From an archaeon (GTDB lineage: Archaea; Iainarchaeota; Iainarchaeia; Iainarchaeales; DATDZZ01): DNA of 10,296 bases. Location: assembly GCA_035288565.1 (NCBI GenBank), contig DATDZZ010000076.1, positions 1 through 10,296 on the forward strand, given 5' to 3'. Numbering within the stretch: the stretch's first letter is position 1; each line of letters opens with the position of its first letter. A program made the position numbers and the translations under genes. The notes beneath the pieces are model-generated. The model did no database searches. It had not been told where the DNA came from and saw nothing but the letters and a program-made list of their open reading frames with translations. Positions 1 to 7,281 of this stretch are shown in pieces.

Positions 1-630
1 GGAGGCTTTGTAATGGTGGGGGTAATTTTAGGAACCCAAGTGAAGATGACTTCCTCAAAGCAGACTCCAAAGCTCTTAATTGACAATGCAGGAAAAAAAG
101 TGGCTCCTTTTGCTGAAGCCACCGGTGCAAGAGCAGGCTCCCTGCTTGGTGATGTGCGTCACGATCCGTTGCAATCGTTCATTGACGAAAGCAACTTCGC
201 TGTATTTTTAGACAATGAGTGGAAGAAGTTTTCTTTTGAAGAGCTTTGGAATTTAATGTCTGAAAGGCACCCTGATCTCATTGAAAAACACGAAAAAGGA
301 TATGAATCAATTTATTTCCCTGATGAGGAAAAAATTTATACTTATGGCAGTGATGAAAAAGGCAATGTTGTGAGAACAAGAATCTATTTGATTAACAGGA
401 GGCCTTACAAAGATAAAGTAATTAAGATCAAAACAAAGGATGCCTCCATAACACTTACTCCTGAGCATGAAGTTTTTACAGAATTTGAAAGCAAGAAGGT
501 ATTAGATATTTCAAATAAAGACAAAGCCCTCAGCTTGAAAATTAAGCATGGCCAAAATGATAGTGAAGAATTAAAGTTGCAAAAAAAGAAATTACCTCAA
601 GACATTCAAACTGTTTCTTCTTCATTTTAA
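1..630 (+). CDS. lonB: Archaeal LonB protease, N-terminal fragment (5'-partial, frame open to window start). It is fused to an N-terminal intein half and stops with TAA at 628-630.
   Basis: The translation ...KLLIDNAGKKVAPFAEATGARAGSLLGDVRHDPLQ matches the conserved LonB AAA+ segment that precedes the HDPFQ|SGGLGTPAH motif. After Q54 the sequence switches to an intein-like sequence (SFIDES...ITLTPEHEVFT). The same frame (frame 1) resumes LonB in the ORF at 1741. Confidence 0.85.
   Translation, partial: GGFVMVGVILGTQVKMTSSKQTPKLLIDNAGKKVAPFAEATGARAGSLLGDVRHDPLQSFIDESNFAVFLDNEWKKFSFEELWNLMSERHPDLIEKHEKGYESIYFPDEEKIYTYGSDEKGNVVRTRIYLINRRPYKDKVIKIKTKDASITLTPEHEVFTEFESKKVLDISNKDKALSLKIKHGQNDSEELKLQKKKLPQDIQTVSSSF
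175..627 (+). other. N-terminal intein splicing half (IntN, ~151 aa): Ser1, block A (SFIDESNFAVFL), block B (ITLTPEHEVFT), plus a ~45-aa tail.
   Basis: The extein motif DPLQ is interrupted exactly where LonB homologues read DPFQSGG. Block A-like and block B (TxxH) motifs are present. The ORF then ends, and no endonuclease or C-terminal blocks follow in this frame. Confidence 0.75.
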
Positions 631-649
631 GTAAATTGCAGGTTACTAA

Positions 650-667
650 TTTTTTTGTTTTTACTTT
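650..667 (+). terminator. Oligo-T tract (TTTTTTTGTTTTTACTTT) just after the stop of the LonB-N/IntN ORF. Likely archaeal terminator.
   Basis: Archaeal termination occurs at oligo-dT runs. A T7+T5 run begins 20 nt after the TAA. Confidence 0.45.
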
Positions 668-694
668 GAGGGGAAATCTGCTCTTTCCAAATTG

Positions 695-704
695 CTTTAA
701 ATTT
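695..704 (+). promoter_or_regulatory. TATA-like box (CTTTAAATTT), centred ~26 nt upstream of the HEG ATG at 726. Consistent with a leaderless transcript.
   Basis: AT-rich TATA-like element at the canonical archaeal spacing from the start codon. No Shine-Dalgarno motif in between. Confidence 0.4.
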
Positions 705-725
705 GAAAAATCAATTTTTTAATTG

Positions 726-1685
726 ATGATATTAGTAACAGATCAAGACATTGTTAATACATATTCCCATTATGACAGGCTTTCGTGTCAAAAATATTTA
801 GAATATTTAAAACTAGTAAAAGAGAACCCTTCGTTTGGCTATAAGCGTTGTTCAAAGATTTTGGGCATTCCTATGGGGAGATGCAGGTGGTGGCATACAA
901 AAAGATCCAAAAGAGGAAAGCCTTTGCCTTTGAAAACAGTTGACAAATTAAAGGAAGCAGGTTTTCTTCCCTTTAAATCAAATCACAGATATGCTGAAAG
1001 TATTTTTAGAATTTATGGGACATTATTAGGTGATGGGGGAATTGATTGCAGATTAAATACGATGTCGTTTATTTCTTCAGTCAAAGAAAATGTTGATTTA
1101 TGGGTAGAAGATTTAGTCAAAATTTTTCCTTTTATAAAAGAAAAAATAAATTTACGAGAGGGCGGAGAATATGGCCATTCTTATTGTATGCGGACTTATG
1201 ACAGGGCGGTAATAAGGTTTTTTGTGGCTTTGGGTGTCCCGGTTGGCGATAAGATGATAGTTCATTATTCTATTCCCGCTTATTTTAAAAATTTAAATAA
1301 AATAAATGTGAAAAGTTTCTTAGACGGTTTGTTTTCAAGTGAAATAGCCATTCCCAGAGCTGTTATTTCAAGAAAAACAAATTTTTTTAAAAATTTTAGT
1401 TTTAGCTTAGGGAAAACTATTGCTCTTGAGAAAGACCATTTAATATTTTTAAAAGACATTCAAAGGCTGACAGAAAATTTAGGAGTTAAATTCACCCCCA
1501 ATCTTAGAAAAGACGCAAATCATAAAAGAAAAAGAAAGGATGGAAAAGAATCTAATGGATGCAGAATTTTTTTTAGGTCAGGAATTCCAAACGTGTTAGA
1601 ATTTCAAAAGTTATTTCCATTAAAATATAGTGCTGAAAAGAAATTAAAATTTGATGAAGAAATTAAGAAAGCATTAAGCAATTAG
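726..1685 (+). CDS. Free-standing two-motif LAGLIDADG homing endonuclease with an N-terminal HTH-like extension.
   Basis: LAGLIDADG motif 1: IFRIYGTLLGDGGI, with the catalytic Asp in place. Motif 2: KSFLDGLFSSEIAI, with a catalytic Glu in place. The N-terminal segment CSKILGIPMGRCRWWHTKRSKRG resembles transposase/resolvase-type HTH (..LGIs..tvyrW..). The frame (frame 3) differs from the flanking lonB pieces. The first in-frame ATG is at 726, and the track's 723 is a TTG. Confidence 0.85.
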   Translation: MILVTDQDIVNTYSHYDRLSCQKYLEYLKLVKENPSFGYKRCSKILGIPMGRCRWWHTKRSKRGKPLPLKTVDKLKEAGFLPFKSNHRYAESIFRIYGTLLGDGGIDCRLNTMSFISSVKENVDLWVEDLVKIFPFIKEKINLREGGEYGHSYCMRTYDRAVIRFFVALGVPVGDKMIVHYSIPAYFKNLNKINVKSFLDGLFSSEIAIPRAVISRKTNFFKNFSFSLGKTIALEKDHLIFLKDIQRLTENLGVKFTPNLRKDANHKRKRKDGKESNGCRIFFRSGIPNVLEFQKLFPLKYSAEKKLKFDEEIKKALSN

Positions 1686-1703
1686 TTTTTAGTTTAAGTT
1701 TTT
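1686..1703 (+). terminator. T-rich tract (TTTTTAGTTTAAGTTTTT) directly after the HEG stop.
   Basis: Oligo-T runs immediately 3' of the TAG at 1683-1685. Confidence 0.35.
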
Positions 1704-1709
1704 ACATAC

Positions 1710-1719
1710 TTTTATATAT
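1710..1719 (+). promoter_or_regulatory. TATA-like box (TTTTATATAT), ~27 nt upstream of the ATG at 1741. Leaderless-type promoter for the IntC-LonB C-fragment.
   Basis: A strong TATA-like element at canonical spacing. An in-frame TAG at 1690-1692 lies upstream, so translation must initiate at 1741. Confidence 0.45.
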
Positions 1720-1740
1720 TTCACATATTCATATCTAATT

Positions 1741-1857
1741 ATGAAAATAATTAAAAGTAAGGTGGAAGAAAAAAAACAGTTAGACTATAATGGTTTTGTT
1801 TATAATGTCACAACTGAAACAGGAAATTTGTTCGTTGAAGATATTTTAGTTAGCAAT
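1741..1857 (+). other. C-terminal intein half (IntC, 39 aa): [39 protein letters not shown]. Blocks F/G. Terminal Asn followed by +1 Ser.
   Basis: Block F-like ([13 protein letters not shown]) and block G (ILVSN|S) motifs are present. The penultimate residue is Ser, not the usual His. It is followed immediately by SGGLGTPAH, which completes the LonB motif interrupted at 174. Confidence 0.75.
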
Positions 1858-3156
1858 TCAGGAGGGCTCGGAACTCCCGCACATCTAAGAGTTGAACCGG
1901 GTTTAATTCACAGAGTTAACGGCGGAGTTCTTTTCCTGGATGAAATTGCTACTCTTTCAATGAAGGCTCAGCAGGAACTTCTTACTGCAATGCAGGAAAA
2001 AAAATATGCAATTACCGGCCAGAGTGAAATGAGTTCAGGCGCTTTAACTAGAACTGAAGCAGTGCCATGCGATTTTGTTTTAGTGGCTGCAGGAAATTAT
2101 GAGGACTTGGAGAAAGTTCATCCGGCTTTAAGAAGCAGAATAAGAGGCTACGGATATGAAATTCATATGAATGCTGACATGGATGATTCAATTGAAAACA
2201 GGGAAAAAATTGTTCAGTTCATTGCACAGGAAGTTGTAAAGGACGGAAAGATTCCTCATTTCGGCAGGGAAGCAGCTGAATTAATTGTTTTCGAGGCAAG
2301 AAGAAGAGCTCAAAGAAAAAATAAGCTGACTTTAAAGCTGAGGGATTTAGGCGGGCTAATAAGAGCAAGCGGTGACATCGCAAAAGAAAAAAGCCATGCA
2401 ATTGTTGAGCCTCAGGATGTTTATGAAGCTAAAATGAATGCAAGGACTTTAGAGCAGCAAATGGTTGGAAAGATTATTGAAAATAAAAGAGACTATGATG
2501 TTTACTTGACTGAAGGTTCTGCTATTGGAAGAGTTAATGGCTTGGCTGTTTCAGGAGACGGGGACGCTGGAATGATTCTTCCGATTGAAGCAGAAATTGC
2601 GCCGGCAGCTTCTCAAAGCGAGGGAAAAATTATTGCAACAGGAAAGCTGGGAGAGATTGCAAAGGAAGCAGTTCAGAATGTTTCAGCTTTAATTAAAAAG
2701 CTTTCAGGCAAGGACATTTCAAAGCACGATCTTCACATTCAGTTTCTTCAGACTTATTCAGGAGTTGAAGGGGATTCCGCAAGCGTTTCAGTTGCAACAG
2801 CAGTAATTTCTGCGTTGGAAGGCATTCCAATAAAGCAGAGCCTTGCAATGACTGGCTCTTTAAGTGTGAGAGGAGAGGTTCTTCCTGTGGGTGGAGTGAC
2901 AAGCAAAGTTCAGGCAGCAATTAAAGCAGGCTTCAAGGAAGTAATTGTGCCTAAATCAAATTTAGAGGACATTATTCTTGAAAAAAATGAGTTAAGCAAA
3001 ATTAAAGTAATTCCTGCTTCTTCTTTAAGCGAAGTAATTGAAAACTCTTTTGTTAAAAGCGAAAAAAGAAACAGGCTTTTAAGGAGCTTAAAAAAATTCA
3101 TTAAAATAAGGGTTCCGAAAGTACTGGAAGCAGCAGGAAAAAAAACCCTGATTTAG
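1741..3156 (+). CDS. lonB: IntC plus the LonB protease C-terminal fragment (AAA+ Walker B through the Ser-Lys protease domain).
   Basis: After IntC: [34 protein letters not shown] (Walker B) ... [11 protein letters not shown] ... [13 protein letters not shown] ... [15 protein letters not shown] ... [29 protein letters not shown] (catalytic Ser/Lys region). It matches Thermococcales LonB closely along the whole length. Confidence 0.9.
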   Translation: MKIIKSKVEEKKQLDYNGFVYNVTTETGNLFVEDILVSNSGGLGTPAHLRVEPGLIHRVNGGVLFLDEIATLSMKAQQELLTAMQEKKYAITGQSEMSSGALTRTEAVPCDFVLVAAGNYEDLEKVHPALRSRIRGYGYEIHMNADMDDSIENREKIVQFIAQEVVKDGKIPHFGREAAELIVFEARRRAQRKNKLTLKLRDLGGLIRASGDIAKEKSHAIVEPQDVYEAKMNARTLEQQMVGKIIENKRDYDVYLTEGSAIGRVNGLAVSGDGDAGMILPIEAEIAPAASQSEGKIIATGKLGEIAKEAVQNVSALIKKLSGKDISKHDLHIQFLQTYSGVEGDSASVSVATAVISALEGIPIKQSLAMTGSLSVRGEVLPVGGVTSKVQAAIKAGFKEVIVPKSNLEDIILEKNELSKIKVIPASSLSEVIENSFVKSEKRNRLLRSLKKFIKIRVPKVLEAAGKKTLI

Positions 3157-4376
3157 GAAAGCAGTAATCTTCCTTCCCTTAAAAAGAATTCAGCTCTTTT
3201 CAGTTTCCTTAATTTCCTTGTTTTAATTAACTTGAAATCAACTGTCTGCTTTTCCCTGTTAATTTTTTCAATCTTTCCAAGAAAAACTCCTTCATGGCTG
3301 TAAACAGGCATTCCGATTAAAAGCCTTGTAACTTTGTTTCTGATGTCAAGCATGTTAGAGAACTGGAACGCAGCATATAGTACTGTAAAGCTTGAAATTA
3401 TTGTAACTAAAAACAAATTCAAGTCAGCTGCTCCAATGAAAACCTGTCTCCCTGAATCCAAAATAAACCAGATAAGTACTGCTGAAACAACTGACCTGAA
3501 ATAATTTCTCAGCCTGAAAGCTTTCTTCAATAAAATTGCGTCCACCGATCTTCCGAAAAAGAAAATCAATGAAGAAATCACTGTAAATAAAATTATTTCA
3601 TAAATTGTTTGAATTCCCCTGAACACTATTTGTTCCCTGAACAGGCTTGTATAAGTGTCGTAAGCTGAAAAAAACCCAAAAACAAATACAAGTATTGAAG
3701 CAAGGTAAAGAGGAAAGCTTGCTCTGTGAGTGGAAACAGAGCCTGAAACAAATTTAATTAATTTATTTATTCTGCCAATAATTCCGAATCCGTAAAGCAT
3801 TAATAATGCTCCAGCCAGCCCTAAAACTAACTGCGATCCAAAGGTAGGGCTTGCCAAGTAAAGCAAAACAATTATTCCAGGAACTCCAAATACAAGTTTC
3901 TGAAGAGTAGGGTCGCTTAAAGCCTCTTTGATTGTAAAGATAGTTGACTCAATCTGCTTGGCCTGCTTTACAATAATCATTTCCTTTGAAATAATTCTTG
4001 CCCTGCTCTGCAGAATCGGAATCACTTGATCATCTTCAGCTCCGTCGGTAACCAAAACAAATCCGTCAGCCGGAAATTTTTCGAGAACCTGATCCAATTG
4101 CTCATTAATTTTTTTATCGGCTTCAAAACTAATTTTTCCTTTTCCCGTTAAAGTAGCGATTTCAACATTAGGGTAAAGTTTTTTCAGTTCATCTAACGCT
4201 TTCACTGCCCCAAAAATTGAGTTGGAGTCAGTGTCTCCAGGGTCTTTTGTTGCAAGCTTAACTGCTGCCTCAATATTTTTTTTTCGTCCAAAAACCGGAC
4301 CGGTAACGCCTGCCTTTTTTCCTAAATCATCGTCCCTGTCAACGCACACAACAAGAACATTTTTCACTTTATCCAT
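3153..4376 (-). CDS. DUF373 family archaeal integral membrane protein.
   Basis: The N-terminus [28 protein letters not shown]... is the hallmark opening of archaeal DUF373 proteins. It is followed by several hydrophobic TM segments. It is convergent with lonB and overlaps it by 4 bp. Confidence 0.65.
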   Translation of the reverse strand: MDKVKNVLVVCVDRDDDLGKKAGVTGPVFGRKKNIEAAVKLATKDPGDTDSNSIFGAVKALDELKKLYPNVEIATLTGKGKISFEADKKINEQLDQVLEKFPADGFVLVTDGAEDDQVIPILQSRARIISKEMIIVKQAKQIESTIFTIKEALSDPTLQKLVFGVPGIIVLLYLASPTFGSQLVLGLAGALLMLYGFGIIGRINKLIKFVSGSVSTHRASFPLYLASILVFVFGFFSAYDTYTSLFREQIVFRGIQTIYEIILFTVISSLIFFFGRSVDAILLKKAFRLRNYFRSVVSAVLIWFILDSGRQVFIGAADLNLFLVTIISSFTVLYAAFQFSNMLDIRNKVTRLLIGMPVYSHEGVFLGKIEKINREKQTVDFKLIKTRKLRKLKRAEFFLREGRLLLS

Positions 4377-4436
4377 AACCTATATTAATACTGAAATTAT
4401 ATATAAATAATAAGGATTGCCTCCTTCGGTGAACAA
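4377..4436. promoter_or_regulatory. Divergent intergenic promoter region. It has a TATA-like TTATATATAAAT (~4397-4408) and a GGTGA RBS 4 nt before the stomatin ATG.
   Basis: A 60-bp AT-rich spacer between divergently transcribed genes. The SD-like GGTGA lies at ~4428-4432. Confidence 0.4.
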
Positions 4437-5444
4437 ATGAAAACAGAGCAGATGAAGCAATTGATCTTTATTGGAATAATAATTTTAATTGCTTTAGCCC
4501 TATGGATGCTTGTTTTTTATTCACAGCAGATTTTCATTAACCTTCCATGGATTGTTCTTCTTTTAGCTGTTGCGGTAATAATGTACAGCTATGAATTCCT
4601 GATTGTTTTAAAGGAATATGAAAGAGCAGTTGTTTTCAGGATTGGAAAATTCAACAAGGTAGCGGGCCCTGGATGGGTTTTCCTTCTTCCAGGAGTTGAC
4701 TCCTATTCTAAAGTTGATTTAAGAATCCAGACATTGGATATTCCTCCTCAGGATGTAATAACTAAAGGAAACATTCAATTGAAAATTGATGCAGTTATTT
4801 ACATGAAAGTGAAAGAAGACAAGGATTCAGTCAAGAATTCTGTAATAAAAGTTGATGACTATAAAAAAGCAGCCAGATTGTATGTCGGCTCAATCATTCG
4901 TGATGTTATCGGCGGAATGGATTTAAATGTCTTAATTTCAAATGTAGAAGACTTAAATGAAGAGCTAAAAACCCAGTTAGTGAGCATTTCAAAGGAATGG
5001 GGAGTGGAAATCCAGTCAGTTGAACTGCAGGACATTAAGATTCCCAAAGAAGTATTGGATTCAATGCACTTGCAGAAAGCAGCTGAGCAGAAAAAGCTTG
5101 CAAGAATGCATGGAGCTCTTGCGCATAAAGCAGAAATTGAGGCAGTGCAGGAATCAGCAGGAGAATTAAGCGATAAAGCGCTTGCATATTATTACATTAA
5201 GGCACTGGAAAAAATGGCTGAAGGAAAAGCAACAAAGCTTGTTTTTCCAATTGAAATTTCCAGGTTAGCTGAAACCATTTCAGGAAAAATGGCCGGAGCA
5301 GTTAAACCAAAAGAAGGCCAGTCAGCCGAGCAGTTAATTCTTGAAAACAAGGAAAAAATAGCTGAATTGTTTGGAGCAGATCTGGCAAATAATTTAATTA
5401 AAGCAGTGAAAGAAAAAAAGGAAAAAAAATCAGCAGTTAATTGA
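4437..5444 (+). CDS. SPFH/Band-7 (stomatin/prohibitin-like) membrane protein.
   Basis: An N-terminal TM segment is followed by EYERAVVFRIGKF...GPGWVFLLPGVD...IPPQDVITKGNIQLKIDAVIYMKV, the characteristic stomatin SPFH core. The C-terminus is a coiled coil rich in A/E/K. Confidence 0.88.
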   Translation: MKTEQMKQLIFIGIIILIALALWMLVFYSQQIFINLPWIVLLLAVAVIMYSYEFLIVLKEYERAVVFRIGKFNKVAGPGWVFLLPGVDSYSKVDLRIQTLDIPPQDVITKGNIQLKIDAVIYMKVKEDKDSVKNSVIKVDDYKKAARLYVGSIIRDVIGGMDLNVLISNVEDLNEELKTQLVSISKEWGVEIQSVELQDIKIPKEVLDSMHLQKAAEQKKLARMHGALAHKAEIEAVQESAGELSDKALAYYYIKALEKMAEGKATKLVFPIEISRLAETISGKMAGAVKPKEGQSAEQLILENKEKIAELFGADLANNLIKAVKEKKEKKSAVN

Positions 5445-6383
5445 AATAAAGTAAGCCTCAATCACTGCTCCAATGAAAATCAATGCAAAAGCCATTAAGG
5501 AAATTGCAACAGCATCCTTTAAAATTAATTTTAATTCATCTTTCTCTTTCAATGATTTTTTGGTTATTGCAACTGAAAGTATTCCCCCGGCAATTGCTCC
5601 GACAAAGAATCCAGTAATTTCAAAAATTCCATGAGGAACCAATCCAATGGCATTAATCAATCCATGAATGAATGCAGGAAAAATTGAAAGAATTCCGTAC
5701 TGGCTGGAGTAAAGAGGAATTGAAGCTATTGCATCCTGCCCTATTTTCACTCCAATTATTGAAGCATTCCATGCAATCAAAAATAAAGCTCCTGCTCCAT
5801 AAACCAATGAGAAAATTATTGCAAGAAGCAATACAATTGAATTGTTTTCAAAAATCAAAAACAAGTAAGTGTAAAAGTCCTTGCATCCTTCAGCAAGCAG
5901 ATTTCCAGTTAAATTTAATGTGGAGCTCCCATCAATTGAAGATTTTAAATCCGATATTGCCCCCAAAGTATTCTCCTGCTCTTCAAAAACACCCCCTCTT
6001 ACAGGAAGGCCAAAGCAGATAGAGTCAGTTGAAAGGCAGAGAATTGTTTCCTCTTCAGGCAAAGCAAAATACCATAAAGAGTAAGCGAAAACCAATCCAA
6101 GAAAAAACCATGCATAAATTGAAATCAGGTTCCTGTGCCTTGAAAGAAATCCAGCAGCTTTTCCAGGCTTTTTTGCTTCAATTGATTCCTCTAAAACAAA
6201 CAATTTGGTTATCGTGGGCATTGAAGCAATAACTGCAAATGCTATGTGGAGAAGAGATGAATTTGACGGAAAAACCCAGTTGCTCAGCCAAATTGCCGCG
6301 CTTGCAAGAACAAGGCCTTCAACAAACATTATTTGCGGAAACTTTCTGATCACTTTAATTGAAAGAAAATTCTCCAATACCAT
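5430..6383 (-). CDS. Polytopic membrane protein, probably SpoIIM/DUF95 family.
   Basis: Multiple TM helices. Motifs IFENNSIV and LVPHGIFEITGFFVGAIAGG resemble the conserved (I/L)FxNN and PHGxxE(l/i)pa signatures of the stage II sporulation protein M-like (DUF95) family. There is a large hydrophilic loop between helices. It is convergent with the stomatin gene and overlaps it by 15 bp. Confidence 0.5.
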   Translation of the reverse strand: MVLENFLSIKVIRKFPQIMFVEGLVLASAAIWLSNWVFPSNSSLLHIAFAVIASMPTITKLFVLEESIEAKKPGKAAGFLSRHRNLISIYAWFFLGLVFAYSLWYFALPEEETILCLSTDSICFGLPVRGGVFEEQENTLGAISDLKSSIDGSSTLNLTGNLLAEGCKDFYTYLFLIFENNSIVLLLAIIFSLVYGAGALFLIAWNASIIGVKIGQDAIASIPLYSSQYGILSIFPAFIHGLINAIGLVPHGIFEITGFFVGAIAGGILSVAITKKSLKEKDELKLILKDAVAISLMAFALIFIGAVIEAYFISINC

Positions 6384-6470
6384 TAAATCACGCTTTTAAA
6401 ATTTCTTCTCAAGGTTAATTTAAATAACTTTCTTTAATAAATTAATCTATTGCACTAGTTTTTGATTGAA
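6384..6470. promoter_or_regulatory. AT-rich divergent promoter region between the DUF95-like gene (-) and csl4 (+).
   Basis: AT-rich spacer with TTTAAATAA / TTTAATAAATTAAT motifs. Confidence 0.3.
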
Positions 6471-6950
6471 ATGAATAAACAGAGATTTGTTGTTCCAGGA
6501 GAATTTTTGACTGTTGCAGAAGAATTTTCTGCAGGAAAAAACACCTGGGAGGACGAAAAAGGAAATGTTTTTTCTTCTGCTTCCGGTTCATGCAATTTCA
6601 ATAAAGAAGAATATGAAGTGAGTGTTGATTCAAGCAAGACAATTTCATTGATTGACAAAGGATCAATTATTACAGGCCAAGTTGTTTTAGTCAAGTCATC
6701 AATTGCAATAGTTGAAATCTTTCATGCAGAAAAGGATTCACAGCCAAGGATTCTGAATGAAGGCAGAGGAGTAATCGGGGTATCAAATGCAAGCCCTAGA
6801 TATGTAAAGTCAATGGAAGACGAATTCAAAGTCGGCGACATTGTGAGAGCAGAAGTTTTGTTTGTTGAAAAAGGAAATGTAGAGCTTACAACTAAATTCA
6901 ATGGATTGGGAGTAATAAAAAAAAGATCTGCTTTTGTGAAAAGCTTTTGA
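6471..6950 (+). CDS. csl4: Exosome complex RNA-binding subunit Csl4-like (N-terminal domain plus S1 domain, no C-terminal Zn-ribbon cysteines).
   Basis: MNKQRFVVPGEFLTVAEEFSAGKNTWEDEKGNVFSSASG... matches the FVLPGDxLxxxEEFxxGxGTYxxxGxIYSAxxG opening of archaeal Csl4. The S1-like core is ...GQVVLVKSSIAIVEI...GDIVRAEVLFVE. It sits immediately upstream of rpoL, as in the conserved archaeal csl4-rpoL arrangement. ATG 6471 is preferred over the TTG at 6462. Confidence 0.6.
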   Translation: MNKQRFVVPGEFLTVAEEFSAGKNTWEDEKGNVFSSASGSCNFNKEEYEVSVDSSKTISLIDKGSIITGQVVLVKSSIAIVEIFHAEKDSQPRILNEGRGVIGVSNASPRYVKSMEDEFKVGDIVRAEVLFVEKGNVELTTKFNGLGVIKKRSAFVKSF

Positions 6951-6959
6951 GGTGAATTA

Positions 6960-7235
6960 ATGAAAATAACAGTTACGAAAAAAGAAAGCAATTTGCTTGA
7001 ATTTACTTTAAAGGGAGAAAGGCACACTTTCGCCAATCTGCTGAAAACCAGGCTGGTAATGGATGCAGATGTTGATTTCGTGTCATATAAATTAAAATAT
7101 CCTTTAGATGATGAAGCAGAATTTGTCTTGAAAACAAAGAAAAAGGATCCAAAAAAAGTCCTGCTTGACGCATGCACTGCAATTCAGGATGAATTAAGCG
7201 ACTTTGAAAGCAAAATAAAAAAAGCAATCAAGTAA
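6960..7235 (+). CDS. rpoL: DNA-directed RNA polymerase subunit L (Rpo11).
   Basis: MKITVTKKESNLLEFTLKGERHTFANLLKTRLVMDADVDFVSYKLKYPLDDEAEFVLKT matches the conserved EDHTLxNLLRxxLxxDPxVxFAGYxxPHPL core of Rpo11. A GAGGTGA RBS lies 6 nt upstream, overlapping the csl4 stop. Confidence 0.82.
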   Translation: MKITVTKKESNLLEFTLKGERHTFANLLKTRLVMDADVDFVSYKLKYPLDDEAEFVLKTKKKDPKKVLLDACTAIQDELSDFESKIKKAIK

Positions 7236-7254
7236 ATTCATTTAATTAATTCAC

Positions 7255-7274
7255 TTATTTTTTTCTTTTTTTTT
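7255..7274 (+). terminator. Long oligo-T tract (TTATTTTTTTCTTTTTTTTT) after rpoL.
   Basis: T7 and T9 runs 20 nt after the rpoL stop, archaeal-type terminator. It also overlaps the AT-rich promoter region of the next gene. Confidence 0.5.
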
Positions 7275-7281
7275 AAAATTA

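Larger units (their letters stand above)
175..1857 (+). mobile_element. Intein-derived selfish element inserted in lonB. It is fractured into IntN, a free-standing LAGLIDADG HEG, and IntC.
   Basis: Motifs appear in canonical intein order: A, B, then LAGLIDADG 1 and 2, then F and G. They are distributed over three ORFs in two reading frames, with stops and T-tracts between them. Confidence 0.75.

Noticed and set aside
2219-3101. Three reverse-strand ORFs (60, 75, 63 aa) inside the lonB C-fragment.
   Set aside because: They are antisense to a strongly conserved CDS, with low-complexity L/K/S-rich translations and no recognisable motifs. This is typical spurious antisense ORFs.
1-3156. Interpretation of the lonB locus as a simple frameshifted pseudogene or sequencing error in a contiguous intein.
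   Set aside because: Considered seriously. Against it: a clean TAA plus oligo-T after IntN; a TATA box at -26 and a proper ATG for the HEG; a TATA box at -27 and an ATG exactly at the start of a 39-aa IntC, the size typical of split-intein C-halves; and intact catalytic motifs in all three pieces. It cannot be fully excluded without read-level evidence.
4222-4410. 62-aa + strand ORF overlapping the 5' end of the DUF373 gene.
   Set aside because: It is antisense to the conserved DUF373 N-terminus ([11 protein letters not shown]). The translation is low-complexity S/T/F-rich with no supporting start context.
4859-5461. Reverse-strand ORFs (62 aa, 89 aa) inside the stomatin gene.
   Set aside because: Antisense to a well-conserved SPFH CDS, with no motifs.
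5672-6399. Four + strand ORFs (64-116 aa) overlapping the DUF95/SpoIIM-like gene.
   Set aside because: Overlapping antisense ORFs in mixed frames. Their proteins are Q/K/L-rich and non-hydrophobic, with no homology. The - strand ORF is a coherent polytopic membrane protein.
723-6473. TTG start codons proposed by the ORF track at 723 (HEG) and 6462 (csl4).
   Set aside because: In both cases an in-frame ATG lies 1-3 codons downstream (726 and 6471) with better promoter spacing and homology to family N-termini. The ATG starts are preferred.
6455-7227. Reverse-strand ORFs of 79, 151 and 74 aa antisense to csl4/rpoL.
   Set aside because: They are S/F/T-rich low-complexity translations opposite two recognisable conserved genes.
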